Part shown: positions 10,162-19,393 of the stretch, piece by piece
Numbering within the stretch: the stretch's first letter is position 1
How the letters are laid out: each line of letters opens with the position of its first letter
Assembly: GCA_016842005.1 (NCBI GenBank)
Contig: JAENYD010000013.1
Location: 5,490-69,489, forward strand
Length of the DNA: 64,000 nucleotides
Source: Clostridium thermobutyricum
GTDB lineage: Bacteria; Bacillota; Clostridia; Ch29
Direction: 5' to 3'
Translations under genes and position numbers: made by a program
Notes under the pieces: generated by a model
Database searches by the model: none
Told to the model about the DNA's origin: nothing
What the model saw: the letters and a program-made list of their open reading frames with translations, nothing else

Positions 10162-10590
10162 TTACAATGCAGGCCTGCTGGGCTTTGAAATATTGCTTAA
10201 TGCATTACCCGCTTCATTTTCATATATGTTTTTTACCGCAAGGTCACCGATGGATACAATACCTAAAAGCCGGTCATTCTCTATTACCGGCAGTCTTCTG
10301 ATCTGGTTCTGTGCCATCAGGTCTGCAGCAGTGTGGACATCCATATCTGTGGTGGCGGATATTATTGAGCTGGACATTATTTCTTCTACAAGGGTGTTGC
10401 TGGGGCCTTTACCTTCGGCAACATTCCTCAGTACTACATCCCTGTCAGTAACTATGCCTACTGCCTTTCCATTCCTGGTCACCGGCAAGGATCCCACGTT
10501 GATTTCCCGCATCAGCCTTGCTGCTTCTTCAACGGTGGCACTCGCCTCAACACTTCTGACGTCCCGTGTCATTATATCTCCCAATCTCAA
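10162..10590 (-). CDS. CBS-pair protein (YhcV/YlbB-like)
   Basis: GSLPV...GIVTDRD and IRRLPV...GIVSIGDL. Confidence 0.9.
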   Translation of the reverse strand: MRLGDIMTRDVRSVEASATVEEAARLMREINVGSLPVTRNGKAVGIVTDRDVVLRNVAEGKGPSNTLVEEIMSSSIISATTDMDVHTAADLMAQNQIRRLPVIENDRLLGIVSIGDLAVKNIYENEAGNALSNISKPSRPAL

Positions 10591-10630
10591 AAGTCATCAT
10601 CCTTTCTGATTTTTATAGTGCCTTCAAGAA

Positions 10631-10660
10631 TATTATTGTTTATACCCACTAAAACTATAC
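10631..10660 (-). promoter_or_regulatory. Putative SigG-type promoter of the CBS gene
   Basis: GTATA-N18-AATAATA on the minus strand. Confidence 0.45.
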
Positions 10661-10732
10661 AATGTAAAAATAAAATTGAAGGAGATATAATGCAAGAAAC
10701 CAGTCACAGGACTTTTCGGCCCTGAACCAGGG

Positions 10733-11440
10733 TTACAGGTCCATCAGTTCGGTAAGACTGGTTATTTCAATGTCGTAATACCCCGGCTTTATCAACCGGC
10801 CGGGATTGTACCAGCCAGCTTTAAAGCCTGCCTTATGCGCACCTTCCACATCAGTATATATATCATCCCCCACATGGAGAATTTGACCGGGTGCAACATC
10901 AAGCTTGGAAGCTGTAATAAGGAACATCCTGGTATTGGGTTTGGCTATCCGCATTTCATTGGAAAAACTGACCGCATCAAAATAATATAAAACCTCTTGC
11001 CGGTAAAGGATTCTTCTTATCACCCACCCGGGTGTTCTCCCGGTGTTGCAGATGATTGCCAGTTTGTATCCCTTTTCTTTTAATCTCTTGAATATATCCT
11101 TCAGTCTGTCATCCAGTACCGGAGGGATATCAATGAGAGAAGTTGTATAGTAATCCAGCAATTCTGTCCTGGTTCCGATGCCGGCATCAACTCCGAGGTG
11201 CCTGCAAATCCAGTCAACCTGCTCTTCCGGTGTGAAATCCACGCCGAATTCTTCCTGACATTTATAGCACACCTTCCTGCAGAGGGCAAACGCCTCTACC
11301 ATCCGTTCAAGATCTGTATGGTATCCGATTTGCACCAGTTTTTTTACCATTTTTTCAGCAGCAATCTGCCGTACTCTCACCGGGTCCCTGTCCCGGGCCA
11401 GGGTATTCCAAAAATCAAAGGTTACCGCTTTCAGCTCCAA
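10733..11440 (-). CDS. HAD-family hydrolase
   Basis: FDFWNTL motif I, KP motif, HVGDDIYTDVEGA; probable TTG start at 11440 after GGAGGAGG. Confidence 0.85.
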   Translation of the reverse strand: MELKAVTFDFWNTLARDRDPVRVRQIAAEKMVKKLVQIGYHTDLERMVEAFALCRKVCYKCQEEFGVDFTPEEQVDWICRHLGVDAGIGTRTELLDYYTTSLIDIPPVLDDRLKDIFKRLKEKGYKLAIICNTGRTPGWVIRRILYRQEVLYYFDAVSFSNEMRIAKPNTRMFLITASKLDVAPGQILHVGDDIYTDVEGAHKAGFKAGWYNPGRLIKPGYYDIEITSLTELMDL

Positions 11441-11462
11441 AGGTAGCTCCTCCTCCAGAATG

Positions 11463-12014
11463 TCACTTAAACAGATTTCCAAAAAGAGACTTTTTCCTGC
11501 TTCTTTCTCTCCTCAACTGCTCTTTCAATTCAGCAACTTCATACGCCTTTCTCTTCAGGTCCATTTTTAGTTTCGCATTTTCACATACCAGTATATCCTT
11601 ATCCTTAGCCCTTATCTCATCCGACAATTCCCGGATGTTCTCGGATATTCCGGATAATCCGCTTCTCAGTTCTTCCCTGAACTGGTCAAACTGAGTTTTC
11701 ATCTGATTTTCCAGAGAACCCGTCTGGGCAGGATGGGCTCTGGTAACAGCCAGTTCTTTTGTGTGGTCATCCTGTTCTACAATGATTTCGGGAGATTTTA
11801 GGATCAGCTTTATCTGGTTATTGCTCAGCCCTTTTTCCTGAAGCTGTTTTATGTATTCCAGCATCTCAATTTCTTTATAGGTAAAAAACCTGTGACCGGA
11901 TTTATTCCTGGGAATTTCAAGGCCAAACTCTTTTTCGTAAAATCGTATCACATGAGTTTTATATCCGGTAATCTCTGATGCCTGAGATATTGTGAATTTT
12001 TTCTCCCGGGACAT
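11463..12014 (-). CDS. MerR-type HTH/coiled-coil protein, RacA-like
   Basis: N-terminal MerR HTH (FTISQASEITG...IRFYEKEF...PRNKSGHRFFT), C-terminal coiled coil and amphipathic tail RKKSLFGNLFK. Confidence 0.7.
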   Translation of the reverse strand: MSREKKFTISQASEITGYKTHVIRFYEKEFGLEIPRNKSGHRFFTYKEIEMLEYIKQLQEKGLSNNQIKLILKSPEIIVEQDDHTKELAVTRAHPAQTGSLENQMKTQFDQFREELRSGLSGISENIRELSDEIRAKDKDILVCENAKLKMDLKRKAYEVAELKEQLRRERSRKKSLFGNLFK

Positions 12015-12052
12015 TCCTTCAACACCCCCAGTAAAGCATTGTATGATTCTTA

Positions 12053-12078
12053 ATTCTACACCAATATATAATCTTCCT
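12053..12078 (-). promoter_or_regulatory. Putative SigH promoter
   Basis: AGGA-N18-GAAT on the minus strand upstream of the RacA-like gene. Confidence 0.55.
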
Positions 12079-12111
12079 TCGAGAACTCAAAAAACTAATA
12101 AGCCCGGCTTA

Positions 12112-13749
12112 TTAGTTTTTTGTAGCTGCTGCTTCTTTATACTTCTGCAGAAACTCGTATATGCCATCAATGCTCTTTCCGGCATCTTCCACCCTGACGC
12201 TTCCTGCAGCAACATCCTGCTGTATTCCTTCCATGAGTTCCATGAATTCGGTTTTCATCTGCATTATCTTTGTTGTCATTTCTTTCACCTTTTCAAGCTC
12301 TTTACCAGCCGGTTTTGCTTCCCTTTCAATCTCTTTTATACTTTCACCCTTAATCTCCACTGTCTGGCCAAGTTTTGGTATAACCGCTTCAATCCCGAGC
12401 CGTTCCCTTATTGACCTGGCAAATTCCATGGAAGATTCTGCTTCGCCGTGTACAACAAATATTTTTCCGGGCCTGACAGAGAAACCTTCCAACCATTCCA
12501 TAAGACCGTCCCTGTCCGCGTGCCCTGAAAATCCTTCTATGTTTTCCACCTCTGCCTGGACACTAATTTCATCCCCCAATATCTTTACCTTTTTTACGCC
12601 GTCCTTTATAATCCTGCCCAGGGTACCTTCCGCCTGGTATCCTACAAACAAAACAGTACATTCTGGCTTCCACAGGTTGTATTTCAGATGGTGTTTTATT
12701 CTGCCCGCATTGCACATACCGCTGGCGGATATGATTACGGCCCCGCCCTTAATCTCGTTTATCTTCATGGACTCCTCCGTGGTCCTGGTAAAATAGAGGT
12801 CTTCGAACTCAAAGGGATTATCACCCGATTTTAACAGGTTTAAAGTTTCCTCATCATAGCATTGGGGGTTTTCCTCAAATATTTTAGTGGCTGATATAGC
12901 CAGAGGACTGTCCACGAAAACCTTCACCCCTTTTAAATACCGATGCTCCTTATCCTCTTTCAGCTTATTTATGTGATACAGAAGCTCCTGAGTTCTGCCC
13001 ACCGCGAAGGAAGGTATTACAACATTGCCGCCTCTTTTGACGGTTTTATCGATAATAGAATACAACTTTTCCACGCGACCTTCAGGGGCCTCGTGGGTAC
13101 GGCTCCCGTAAGTGGATTCGATGAATAAATAGTCCGCATCCTCAATAATGCTTGGATCTCTCAAAATAGGCTGGTTTTTCTGACCCAGGTCTCCTGAAAA
13201 GACCAGCTTTGTTTCAGTGCCGTTTTCATTAATCCAGATTTCAACTATGGATGAACCCAGAATATGACCGGCATCCCTGAATCTTACACTGATATTCTCA
13301 TCCACGCTGAACCGGTCATTGTAAAAATGGTATTTGAAATACTTCAGTGACTGCTGCGCCTCTTCAGCGGTATATAGAGGCTCAACCGGTTCTTTACCTG
13401 CCCTGGCTCTTTTCCTGTTCTGCCATTCAGCTTCCATTTCATGAATGTGCCCGCTGTCCGGGAGCAGGATTGAACAGAGGTCGGCGGTGGCCTTAGAAGA
13501 ATAGACAGGCCCTGTATAACCTTCCTTCACCAGTTTTGGTATCCTGCCGCTGTGGTCAATATGCGCATGGGATAAAAGTACGAAATCTATTGTCTTTACA
13601 TCAAAATAAAAGGGTGTTTCGTTCAGTTCCTCATCTCTGCCCTGGAACATTCCGCAATCTACCAGAAAACGTTTATCCCCTGTTTCTACCAGGAAACATG
13701 AACCTGTAACAGTTTGTGCTGCGCCCAAAAAAGTGACCTTCATTTTCAT
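12112..13749 (-). CDS. MBL-fold beta-CASP ribonuclease (YSH1/CPSF-like)
   Basis: SHAHIDHSG, AGHILGS, FSGDLG, ESTYG, PSFAVGRTQE, SASGMC, FSGHAD. Confidence 0.92.
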   Translation of the reverse strand: MKMKVTFLGAAQTVTGSCFLVETGDKRFLVDCGMFQGRDEELNETPFYFDVKTIDFVLLSHAHIDHSGRIPKLVKEGYTGPVYSSKATADLCSILLPDSGHIHEMEAEWQNRKRARAGKEPVEPLYTAEEAQQSLKYFKYHFYNDRFSVDENISVRFRDAGHILGSSIVEIWINENGTETKLVFSGDLGQKNQPILRDPSIIEDADYLFIESTYGSRTHEAPEGRVEKLYSIIDKTVKRGGNVVIPSFAVGRTQELLYHINKLKEDKEHRYLKGVKVFVDSPLAISATKIFEENPQCYDEETLNLLKSGDNPFEFEDLYFTRTTEESMKINEIKGGAVIISASGMCNAGRIKHHLKYNLWKPECTVLFVGYQAEGTLGRIIKDGVKKVKILGDEISVQAEVENIEGFSGHADRDGLMEWLEGFSVRPGKIFVVHGEAESSMEFARSIRERLGIEAVIPKLGQTVEIKGESIKEIEREAKPAGKELEKVKEMTTKIMQMKTEFMELMEGIQQDVAAGSVRVEDAGKSIDGIYEFLQKYKEAAATKN

Positions 13750-13849
13750 ACCCCCTGAATTATTGAGAACATTTAGGCTTTATCTTCTATATTATATTAT
13801 AACTTAGCAGGTTTTTCATCCGAAAAAATTTACTGCATTAAATTGGCAC

Positions 13850-13878
13850 TTGACATATATGTCTATTTATTGTATATT
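13850..13878 (+). promoter_or_regulatory. SigA promoter of the tRNA operon
   Basis: TTGACA-N17-TATATT about 30 nt upstream of the first tRNA. Confidence 0.8.
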
Positions 13879-13910
13879 AATATTTGTCTTTCTAAATCAT
13901 AAAAATGTGG

Positions 13911-13986
13911 GGGCCTTTAGCTCAGTTGGTAGAGCAACCGGCTCATAACCGGTCGGTCCGGGGTTCGAGTCCCTGAAGGCCCACCA
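13911..13986 (+). tRNA. tRNA with CAT anticodon, most likely tRNA-Ile2 (lysidine)
   Basis: Cloverleaf with GGGCCTT/AAGGCCC acceptor stem, anticodon arm ACCGG-CTCATAA-CCGGT and encoded CCA. Resembles Ile2 rather than Met/fMet. Confidence 0.88.
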
Positions 13987-13995
13987 TTTTTATCC

Positions 13996-14072
13996 GGCCC
14001 GGTAGTTCAGATGGTTAGAATGCCAGCCTGTCACGCTGGAGGTCGAGGGTTCAAGTCCCTTCCGGGTCGCCA
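13996..14072 (+). tRNA. tRNA-Asp(GTC)
   Basis: CCAGC-CTGTCAC-GCTGG anticodon arm, GTTCAAG T-loop, CCA end. Confidence 0.96.
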
Positions 14073-14075
14073 TTA

Positions 14076-14151
<76 letters not shown>

Positions 14152-14155
14152 TTAT

Positions 14156-14240
14156 GGAGGGATACCCAAGTGGCCAAAGGGGGCAGACTGTAAATCTGTT
14201 GGCAGAGCCTTCGCTGGTTCAAATCCAGCTCCCTCCACCA
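14156..14240 (+). tRNA. tRNA-Tyr(GTA)
   Basis: GCAGA-CTGTAAA-TCTGT anticodon arm, long variable arm, CCA end. Confidence 0.96.
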
Positions 14241-14243
14241 TAT

Positions 14244-14320
14244 TGGGGCGTCGCCAAGCCGGTAAGGCACCAGACTTTGACTCTGGCATTCCGCAGGTTC
14301 GAGTCCTGCCGCCCCAGCCA
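14244..14320 (+). tRNA. tRNA-Gln(TTG)
   Basis: TGGGGCG/CGCCCCA acceptor stem, CCAGA-CTTTGAC-TCTGG anticodon arm, CCA end. Confidence 0.95.
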
Positions 14321-14326
14321 TCCTGT

Positions 14327-14402
14327 GGCCCATTAGCTCAGCTGGTAGAGCACCTGACTCTTAATCAGGGTGTCCCGCGTTCGAGTCGCGGATGGGTCAC
14401 CA
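14327..14402 (+). tRNA. tRNA-Lys(CTT)
   Basis: CCTGA-CTCTTAA-TCAGG anticodon arm, CCA end. Confidence 0.96.
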
Positions 14403-14439
14403 AAAAAACTCCTGAAACATCGGTTTCATGAGTTTTTTT
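14403..14439. terminator. Bidirectional intrinsic terminator (tRNA operon / cheR)
   Basis: AAAAAACTC-C-TGAAAC-ATCG-GTTTCA-T-GAGTTTTTTT. Confidence 0.8.
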
Positions 14440-14455
14440 ATCCTTAAAGCATTTT

Positions 14456-15241
14456 TCAAATCCTCTGGTAGAAAAAATTCCTGACCGGGATGAAGTTATA
14501 CCTGTGGGGCAGTATGATCTGCTCAGTACTGCCCACAAAGAGTATCCCCTCACTGTCCAGGGCGTCATGAAATTTTTTGTACACCTTTTCCTTCGCCTCT
14601 TCAGTAAAATATATCAATACGTTCCTGCACAGTATAAGGTCACACTGGGAAGGATATTCATCCCTCAGTAGGTTAAGGTGACCGAATTCCACCCTCTTCT
14701 TAATATCATCAGAGATCCTGTAGAAATCCCCTTCTTTAACAAAATACCTGGCGATAAAATCCCGAGGCAGGTCTTTCAAACTTTGCTCCCTGTAAAGCCC
14801 CGTTTTTGCCTTCTCTATTGCATACGTATCTATATCGGTTGCCAGGATGCGGATGCTGTTCAGATCCATAAACTTGGTAAGCAGCATAACAAGGGAATAA
14901 GGTTCTTCTCCGGTTGAACAGGCGGAACTCCATATTTTCAGTTTGGGTTTGCGGCTTAAAAGCCGGGGGATAATGTGTTCTTCAAGGGTTTCCCATTGCC
15001 TGGCATTTCTGTAAAAATCCGATACGTTTATGGTTATGTAATTAATAAACTCGTTGAACAACTTCTTATCTTTGACCATTTGCAGGTAATATTCCTCAAA
15101 GGACTCAAAATTATTTCTTTTGGCCAGGGTGGTAAGCCTTCTTTTCATTTGCTTTTCTTTATAACATGCCAGGTCAATATTTGTTTTTTTGCGTATCAGC
15201 ATAACAAACTTTTCATAATCGTGCATAGCTATCCCCCTCAC
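14456..15241 (-). CDS. cheR: Chemotaxis protein methyltransferase
   Basis: TINVSDFYRN, IWSSACSTGEEPYS, ATDID, DLILCRNVLIYF. Confidence 0.93.
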   Translation of the reverse strand: MRGIAMHDYEKFVMLIRKKTNIDLACYKEKQMKRRLTTLAKRNNFESFEEYYLQMVKDKKLFNEFINYITINVSDFYRNARQWETLEEHIIPRLLSRKPKLKIWSSACSTGEEPYSLVMLLTKFMDLNSIRILATDIDTYAIEKAKTGLYREQSLKDLPRDFIARYFVKEGDFYRISDDIKKRVEFGHLNLLRDEYPSQCDLILCRNVLIYFTEEAKEKVYKKFHDALDSEGILFVGSTEQIILPHRYNFIPVRNFFYQRI

Positions 15242-15274
15242 ATCTGTAAAAATAATGGAATTAATGAATATTAT

Positions 15275-15676
15275 TCAACTGAAGAAAAGGTTTATTTCTC
15301 TTTCAGCACTTTGGGCGCTGTCCGACCTGTGAATAATATTGAACGTCTTAGATACGGCATAATCAAACCTTAGGGTCCCGGGCAATGCATCCGCCGGGTC
15401 GGTAGCCCCCACCATTTTATCCATGCCTTCAATAACTCCCTCACCTTCCACTACCATGGCTACTACGGGACCCGAGGTTATGAAGTTAATCAGCTCATTG
15501 AAAAACGGCTTATCCTTATGTTCGGCATAATGTTCCCGGGCTGTCCGCTCAGATATTGTGAGCATTGTAATACGGCTGATCCGGTAGCCCTTTTTCTCTA
15601 TCCTTCCGATTATTTCTCCCACCAGTTTGCGTTTTACTCCATCCGGTTTAATCATTATAAATGTCTTTTCCTGCAT
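15275..15676 (-). CDS. ndk: Nucleoside diphosphate kinase
   Basis: TFIMIKPDG, HYAEHKDKPFF, PGTLR, NIIHRSDS. Confidence 0.95.
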   Translation of the reverse strand: MQEKTFIMIKPDGVKRKLVGEIIGRIEKKGYRISRITMLTISERTAREHYAEHKDKPFFNELINFITSGPVVAMVVEGEGVIEGMDKMVGATDPADALPGTLRFDYAVSKTFNIIHRSDSAQSAEREINLFFS

Positions 15677-15711
15677 GTTATCTCCTCTCTTTAATCCGAT
15701 AGTTATAATTT

Positions 15712-15804
15712 CATCTGGAGCTTTGAACTCGCTATCCGTGGACGTAGAGTCACTTGTCCCCCGCCCGGGAGGCTGGGAGTATTAACCGCAGTAGCCATCG
15801 GATA
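15712..15804 (+). repeat. Degenerate copy of the dispersed palindromic repeat
   Basis: Aligns without gaps to 59901-59993 (CATCTG...TATCC...GGGAGTATTA...GTAGCCATCGGATA). Confidence 0.75.
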
Positions 15805-15826
15805 AATTCTACCACATAAACCGTCT

Positions 15827-15899
15827 AAAAAAAAGAGCCATGAATATTATCATGGCTCAGATGAATGTAAAGGGGGTCTCAATGTATTTTGTGAGGTCA
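15827..15899 (-). ncRNA. Candidate ~70-nt sRNA with C-rich anti-SD motif and its own terminator
   Basis: SigF/SigG-like promoter at 15905-15933 (GTATA-N14-GGTGAAAATA), no ORF with RBS, ACCCCCTTT motif, terminator GAGCCATG...CATGGCTC-T8. Confidence 0.4.
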
Positions 15900-16039
15900 T
15901 TATTTATTTTCACCACTTACCAGGCAAATATACATTTTTTTTTAAAAAAATTTAAAATGCGTGCTTTTATTTTAAAAAACACGCATTTCATCATACATAT
16001 TTCGTAGAATAGAAGGCATTCATCTCCTTTAATACGTTC

Positions 16040-16423
16040 TTACAGATTCGCCACCTTTACCGGTTGTTCGAATAAACCTCTCTTTACCTCTGTAGCAGTC
16101 ATATGTTTGGCATTCAATTTATCAGTTAAGAAATTACAGGCATCCCATGGATTAACCCTGTCCCCACAGGTAAACACGTCTACAGCCGCATACCCCAACT
16201 CAGGCCAGGTATGAATTGCCAGATGGGATTCCGAAACCACAACTACACCACTTACTCCCTGGGGGCTGAATCTATGAAAAGCTACTTCCCTGATTTCAGC
16301 TCCAGCCATAAGAGCTGCATCAACCATAGCTTTTTCTATGAGCACCCTGTCATTCAAAACCTCTACATCGCAGCCGTAAATCTCAGCCAAAATGTGGCGG
16401 CCTAATGCATTCATATTATTCAA
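16040..16423 (-). CDS. speD: S-adenosylmethionine decarboxylase proenzyme
   Basis: FSPQGVSGVVVVSESHLAIHTWPE...DVFTCG (ESH autocleavage site). Confidence 0.95.
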   Translation of the reverse strand: MNNMNALGRHILAEIYGCDVEVLNDRVLIEKAMVDAALMAGAEIREVAFHRFSPQGVSGVVVVSESHLAIHTWPELGYAAVDVFTCGDRVNPWDACNFLTDKLNAKHMTATEVKRGLFEQPVKVANL

Positions 16424-16604
16424 CCTCCTTTTTCAGATTATCACCCCAAACTTTTTTTTACTACCAATAGATTTAATTGTAGCAAATAATCATAAAAAGT
16501 CAATACTTTATCTTCATAATAAGTTATTTATTTTGATAAAGCACTGCTATCCATGAGTATATGTATAAATGATAGGATTTATTTATAATTTCTCCTTCTA
16601 ATTT

Positions 16605-16634
16605 AAAAAATCACCCCATCAAGGGGTGATTTTA
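16605..16634 (-). terminator. Intrinsic terminator after ispH-rpsA
   Basis: AAAATCACCCC-ATCAA-GGGGTGATTTT with A-run. Confidence 0.75.
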
Positions 16635-18791
16635 TTATTCCTCGTTGTCTTCTTTAAGGATATCTCCCACCAGGTCTCCGATTGTAATGGCAGGCTCATC
16701 ATCAGTATGGACAGTCAGTGTCTCTTTCCCTTTCCTATCCTGTTTTTTAGGCCTTTCAGCGGCTTCTTTGATACTTAAACTTATGCGTCGTTCTTCAGGT
16801 TTTATGTCAAGTATCTTAACCTTAACCATTTGGTTTTCCTTTAACTCGTCCTGAGGTTTTTCCACGTGGTGGTAAGCTATTTGCGAAACATGTACAAGCC
16901 CTTCTATACCGGTTTCCAGCTCAACAAAAGCACCGAAGTCAACAAGCCTTACTATCTTGCCTTCTACTATCTCTCCCACTTTGTACTTGTTTGTTACGTC
17001 ATCCCATGGATGGGGCTGGGTCTGCTTGTATCCCAGGGAAACTCTTTCATTCTCCGGGTCCACCCCGAGGACTTCAACCTCAATCTCATCACCCACGTTA
17101 AGCACTTCTGACGGATGACCAATCCTGTTCCAGGAAATCTCCGAAATATGTATCAATCCATCAATACCGCCTATATCGACAAAGGCGCCAAAACCGGTGA
17201 GTCTCTTTACCTCACCCCTTATCCTGTCACCTGCATTAATACTATTCAGCACTTCCTGTTTCCTCTTTTCCCGCTCTTCTTCCAGGAGTACTTTACGGGA
17301 TAGCACCAGTTTACCTCTCCTTCTGTTCAGTTCAATCACTTTCAGGGGCAGTACCTGGTCCACAAACTGAGCGAGGTTTTCCACATACCCAACGTCAATA
17401 TGAGATGCGGGAATAAAACCTTTAATACCGTTAACTATGGATATAAGTCCACCTTTAACTTCTTCCACAACTTTTCCTTCTACCGGTGACCCGGCCTGGA
17501 AACTTTCATCCAAAGCGGCCCATCCTCTTTCCACATCCACTTTTTTCTTGGATAAAAGAACATTTCCTTCTCCATCATCCAGTTTTTTGACGAACACCTC
17601 TATTTCGTCCCCCTCCCTGACAATATCAGAGGGAGATAATGTCGGATCACCGGTCAGCTCTTCCCTGGTTATGATCCCGTCCGCTTTATAGCCGAGACTT
17701 ACAACAACCTCTTCATCCTTTACCGCAATCACCTTGCCTTTGACTGTGTCTCCCTGTTTCAGGGAAACCATGGTATCATCCATGGCATCCATTGTTTCTT
17801 CCTGTTCAGCCGCTGTTTCTTTATCATCAGCAGTTGCCTCGTTTTCTTCAGCCCCTGCTTTACTTTCTTCAATGGCTGTACTATTTTCCGGGATGTCTAC
17901 CTTCCTTTCCTCTTTAATCTCTTCATTAATTTCTTCCTTCTGATTAACTACATTTGCATTTTCTTCGTTACTCATCCTGCCAACAACCTCCTTAATAATC
18001 CAGTCGGGTGTCGATGCGCCAGCAGTAACACCCACAATATTAACATTTTTTAATTTATCAACAGGCAAATCGGCTGCTGTCTCGACCTGATAGGTGTTTT
18101 CACAGATTTCCTTGGACAGTTTGTACAGCTTTCTGGTATTGGAACTGTGAAAACCACCTATAACTATCATGGCATCAACCTTTACCGCCAGCTCGATGGC
18201 CGCCTGTTGTCTTAAATGGGTGGCATTGCATATGGTATTAAAAAATACTGCTTCACCACCCTTATTTTCCATCACTTCATTTACATCATTCCAAAGCCGG
18301 TGCGTTATAGTGGTCTGGGCAACCACACATATCTTTTCAAAATGGCCTATTGCTGCGGCCTCCTGAACGCCGTTAACAATTATGGCACTGTAATCACACC
18401 AGCCATTTACTCCCTTTACTTCAGGATGGTCTTTATCTCCTATGATTATAATTTGATATCCTTTATTGTAATATTCCTTAACTTTATTCTGGATTTTTTT
18501 TACAAAAGGACATGTAGCGTCAACAATCTGAATGCCTCTATCCCGGGCTTTGTTGTAAACTTCAGGCGCCACACCGTGAGACCTGACAATCACAATGCCA
18601 TCGTCCAGCCGGTCGAGATTCTCAATAGCGTGTATGCCTTCCCGCTCCAGCTTCTCTACCACCTGTTTGTTATGGATTAAAGACCCCAGGGTATAAACCT
18701 TCTCCGAACGTCCTGCATATTTATTTACCGTTTCGAGGGCTTTCTCGACTCCAAAGCATACTCCTGAATGGCGGGCTATTATTATCTGCAA
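16635..18791 (-). CDS. ispH-rpsA: Fused 4-hydroxy-3-methylbut-2-enyl diphosphate reductase / 30S ribosomal protein S1
   Basis: IspH motifs GVCFGV, DATCPFV, TICNAT, SSNT, TAGASTP followed by four S1 repeats (FGAFVDIGGIDGLIHISEI). Probable TTG start at 18791 after AGGAGG. Confidence 0.93.
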   Translation of the reverse strand: MQIIIARHSGVCFGVEKALETVNKYAGRSEKVYTLGSLIHNKQVVEKLEREGIHAIENLDRLDDGIVIVRSHGVAPEVYNKARDRGIQIVDATCPFVKKIQNKVKEYYNKGYQIIIIGDKDHPEVKGVNGWCDYSAIIVNGVQEAAAIGHFEKICVVAQTTITHRLWNDVNEVMENKGGEAVFFNTICNATHLRQQAAIELAVKVDAMIVIGGFHSSNTRKLYKLSKEICENTYQVETAADLPVDKLKNVNIVGVTAGASTPDWIIKEVVGRMSNEENANVVNQKEEINEEIKEERKVDIPENSTAIEESKAGAEENEATADDKETAAEQEETMDAMDDTMVSLKQGDTVKGKVIAVKDEEVVVSLGYKADGIITREELTGDPTLSPSDIVREGDEIEVFVKKLDDGEGNVLLSKKKVDVERGWAALDESFQAGSPVEGKVVEEVKGGLISIVNGIKGFIPASHIDVGYVENLAQFVDQVLPLKVIELNRRRGKLVLSRKVLLEEEREKRKQEVLNSINAGDRIRGEVKRLTGFGAFVDIGGIDGLIHISEISWNRIGHPSEVLNVGDEIEVEVLGVDPENERVSLGYKQTQPHPWDDVTNKYKVGEIVEGKIVRLVDFGAFVELETGIEGLVHVSQIAYHHVEKPQDELKENQMVKVKILDIKPEERRISLSIKEAAERPKKQDRKGKETLTVHTDDEPAITIGDLVGDILKEDNEE

Positions 18792-18805
18792 AGATATTCC
18801 TCCTG

Positions 18806-19393
18806 TTATGAACAATCCAGCATTTCTTTTACCTTTGTCATCAACTCATTGCTTATGTCCTTATGCTCGTTCATGGTAAGTTTCCTGTCATAATAACTGC
18901 CGAGAAGAACAGGATCCCCGATTTTAACCGTCAGGAGGCCGAACAGCTTATATTTGGTAATAAGAGCTACCGGAACAACGGGCACTTTTGCCCTGACAGC
19001 TATCATGGAAAGACCGGGCTCCGCATCCAGCATCTCCCCTGTCCTGCTTCTGGTGCCTTCAGGGAACATGCCGAGCACTTCCCCGTTTTTCAATAACCTG
19101 ATTGCGTTCTTAATAGCTGCAATATCGGATTTTCCCCTGTTCACCGGAAAAGCTCCCAGCAGCCTGAAGAGTACGAACCCGAACAGTCGATTGCGGAACA
19201 GTTCTTCCTTTGCCATAAATCTAATCGGACGCCGGGTGAAACACCCCACAACTATCGGGTCAAGAAGGCTTATATGATTGGAATAAACTATACAGCCTTT
19301 CAGACCTTCCAATGAATTATCCCCTTCTATCCTGACCCTGAAAAAAATCCTCAGCAGCAAACCAAGGGCAAATCTGGCAAATCTATAGAACAT
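18806..19393 (-). CDS. plsC: 1-acyl-sn-glycerol-3-phosphate acyltransferase
   Basis: NHISLLD, FMAKEELF, FPEGTRS. Confidence 0.92.
   Translation of the reverse strand: MFYRFARFALGLLLRIFFRVRIEGDNSLEGLKGCIVYSNHISLLDPIVVGCFTRRPIRFMAKEELFRNRLFGFVLFRLLGAFPVNRGKSDIAAIKNAIRLLKNGEVLGMFPEGTRSRTGEMLDAEPGLSMIAVRAKVPVVPVALITKYKLFGLLTVKIGDPVLLGSYYDRKLTMNEHKDISNELMTKVKEMLDCS

Noticed and set aside
16424-16600. SAM riboswitch upstream of speD
   Set aside because: AT-rich sequence with no S-box core (AUC.AGA...GAC/GGC.C..UGA..CC..GCAACC).
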